This document shows positions 62,425 through 64,000 of a stretch of 64,000 nucleotides of DNA, in pieces (position 1 is the stretch's first letter; each line of letters starts with the position of its first letter). Position numbers and translations under genes: made by a program. Source of the stretch: an uncultured Aquiluna sp. (GTDB lineage Bacteria; Actinomycetota; Actinomycetes; Actinomycetales; Microbacteriaceae); the NCBI GenBank assembly GCA_965661645.1, contig CBFIEQ010000001.1, forward strand, positions 3,805-67,804, written 5' to 3'. The notes under the pieces were generated by a model. It saw only the letters and a program-made list of their open reading frames with translations. It was not told the origin of the DNA and did not search any database.

Positions 62425-63702
62425 TTGGCATTGGAAGATAACAACGAAAAAGAAGAGCTTGAAAAACTCCTCCGACAGATGCTTGGCAACGCCGGCACTG
62501 AAGAGGAGATTGCTCGCATCGCCGGACTGATGCAAAACCCTGGCGCCATGGGACAGATCTTCTCTCAAGCCAAAGCGATGTTTTCGGGATCTGACGAGCC
62601 CGTGAATTGGAAACTAGCTGCGGAGCAGGCTGAGAGCATGGCCAAAAAGGAACAACAGCCCCAAGAGGTAATTTCCAAGGAACTGCACAACTCAACCGAG
62701 ATGGCAAGACTTTGGCTCAGTGAAGTCACCGAGTTTTCAACATCCGCAGAACTAAAGATTCTCTCCAGGACAGCCTGGGTGCAAGACGCCATGACTCTCT
62801 ACAAGCAGCTGTCCGAGCCTGTTGCTATCAGCATGTCCAAGGCTCTCAGTGAGAACCTGGACAAGCTAATGCCAGAGGAACTCAGCCAAATGCTGGGTCC
62901 AGCCAAGAGTTTTATCTCAAACGCAGGGGCTTCGATGTTTGCGATGCAATTGGGGCAGGCAATTGGCAAACTCTCTGGAAAGACGCTGACGGGTTCAGAA
63001 ATTGGAATTCCAATTAGCTCACGTCCCTCGCTAGTGGCTCAGAACATTGCTGAACTCATCGGCGAACTGCCCACCCCGAAGTCAGAAGTTCTCATTTATA
63101 TTTCGGCAAGGGAGCTTGCCGTTGCCTCACTCTATGCCTCCAACAGGTGGTTGAGTGAGCAGATCGTGAACCAGGTTAGAGAGTTTGCCGCTGGCCTCAA
63201 GGTTGATGTCGAAGAGATCCAGAACCTCGCAGAATCAATAGATCCAAGCGATCAGGAATCAATAAATCAAATTTTGCAGGCCGGATCTCTTTTATCAAAG
63301 CGGACCGAAGAGCAAGAGACTGCGCTCGCCAGGATAGAGCTAATGCTTGCCCTGATAGAGGGGTGGGCCGATCACGTGGCGGAACAAGCCTGCAAGCGCC
63401 TTCCAACTATCGCTTCGATTACCGAGTTATTGACAAGACACCGGGCGACCTCGGGTGCGCTTGAAAAGACCTTTGAGATACTGCTCGGCCTAAAACTTGA
63501 ACCCAAACTTCGCCGAGAGGCGAAGGCGCTCTGGGCAGCGCTGACTGAAGAAGTTGGTGCCGCCGCAAGAGATCAGCTCTTCTCCCATCCCGACCAACTC
63601 CCAACCGAAGCCGAGCTAAGCAATGTTCAGCTCATTTTCCAAAGGCTTGGTCCTGAAGGCGACGATCTCGATGACCAGCTCAGAAAGCTGCTTGGAAACT
63701 AG
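62425..63702 (+). CDS. Zinc-dependent metalloprotease-like protein (DUF2342 family)
   Basis: PVNWKLA, QLGQAIG, LALIEGWADHV and HPDQLPT motifs; typical synteny opposite PDZ/UPF0182. Confidence 0.85.
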   Translation: MALEDNNEKEELEKLLRQMLGNAGTEEEIARIAGLMQNPGAMGQIFSQAKAMFSGSDEPVNWKLAAEQAESMAKKEQQPQEVISKELHNSTEMARLWLSEVTEFSTSAELKILSRTAWVQDAMTLYKQLSEPVAISMSKALSENLDKLMPEELSQMLGPAKSFISNAGASMFAMQLGQAIGKLSGKTLTGSEIGIPISSRPSLVAQNIAELIGELPTPKSEVLIYISARELAVASLYASNRWLSEQIVNQVREFAAGLKVDVEEIQNLAESIDPSDQESINQILQAGSLLSKRTEEQETALARIELMLALIEGWADHVAEQACKRLPTIASITELLTRHRATSGALEKTFEILLGLKLEPKLRREAKALWAALTEEVGAAARDQLFSHPDQLPTEAELSNVQLIFQRLGPEGDDLDDQLRKLLGN

Positions 63703-63753
63703 ACCTGTGGAGAACTGAAAACGGATTCTCCGAACTAGCTCTAACTTTGGCGG

Positions 63754-64000
63754 ATGGTTCAACAAATCAACCCCTCGCTAGCAAGGCTTTGGCTCAGTGA
63801 AAACACTCGGCAGTACGGCGCAGACGGCAAACTCGTGCTGGAGTCCCTTACTGAGCCTGAACTGCGCCTTGTCGAATTACTGGAACGTGGCATAACCGAT
63901 AACCAGTTGCCGCAACTATCAAAAATGGCCAAAGTGAGCGAGGCGAGGACTCGCTCACTGTTGCAAAGACTCACCCCATTGATATCTCGGACCTCATCCT
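63754..64000 (+). CDS. Hypothetical protein, N-terminal part, running off the window edge
   Basis: Open frame from ATG 63754 (MVQQINPSLARLWLSENTRQYG...) to the window end; leaderless TAACTT-6 nt-ATG. Confidence 0.7.
   Translation, partial: MVQQINPSLARLWLSENTRQYGADGKLVLESLTEPELRLVELLERGITDNQLPQLSKMAKVSEARTRSLLQRLTPLISRTSS

Overview
A 64 kb, very gene-dense, moderately GC-rich core-genome segment of an actinobacterium. Gene order, short proteins and tiny intergenic gaps suggest a streamlined Microbacteriaceae (Aquiluna/Rhodoluna-like); this is an inference. Contents in order: pnp-rpsO, ribF-truB-rbfA-infB-ylxR-nusA-proS, ispG-rip1-dxr, a polyamine uptake and catabolism cluster (PotABCD-type ABC transporter, aminobutyraldehyde dehydrogenase, Lrp/AsnC regulator, three class-III aminotransferases), a minimal FtsK/EccC-like ATPase, ogt-tag, an ECF sigma/anti-sigma pair, the atp operon, wecA-sua5-prmC-prfA-rho, thrB-thrC-hom-lysA-argS, a GH13 alpha-glucosidase, tRNA-Arg(CCG), rdgB-rph-murI, pncB, htrA, a secreted gene pair, tRNA-fMet, and UPF0182/PDZ/Zn-metalloprotease genes. 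I saw no mobile elements, CRISPR arrays or rRNA. The most interesting signals are regulatory: (1) a chain of three overlapping micro-ORFs between ylxR and infB ending just before a hairpin that occludes the infB Shine-Dalgarno; (2) a repeated promoter architecture, TGTGGAKAAC-N26-TAACTT-N6-ATG, in front of two unrelated hypothetical genes; (3) a duplicated candidate ECF promoter; (4) ClgR-like and MprA-like sites; (5) a probable CTG start for atpB; (6) pervasive leaderless genes. All family assignments come from motif recognition and recalled synteny, not from database searches.
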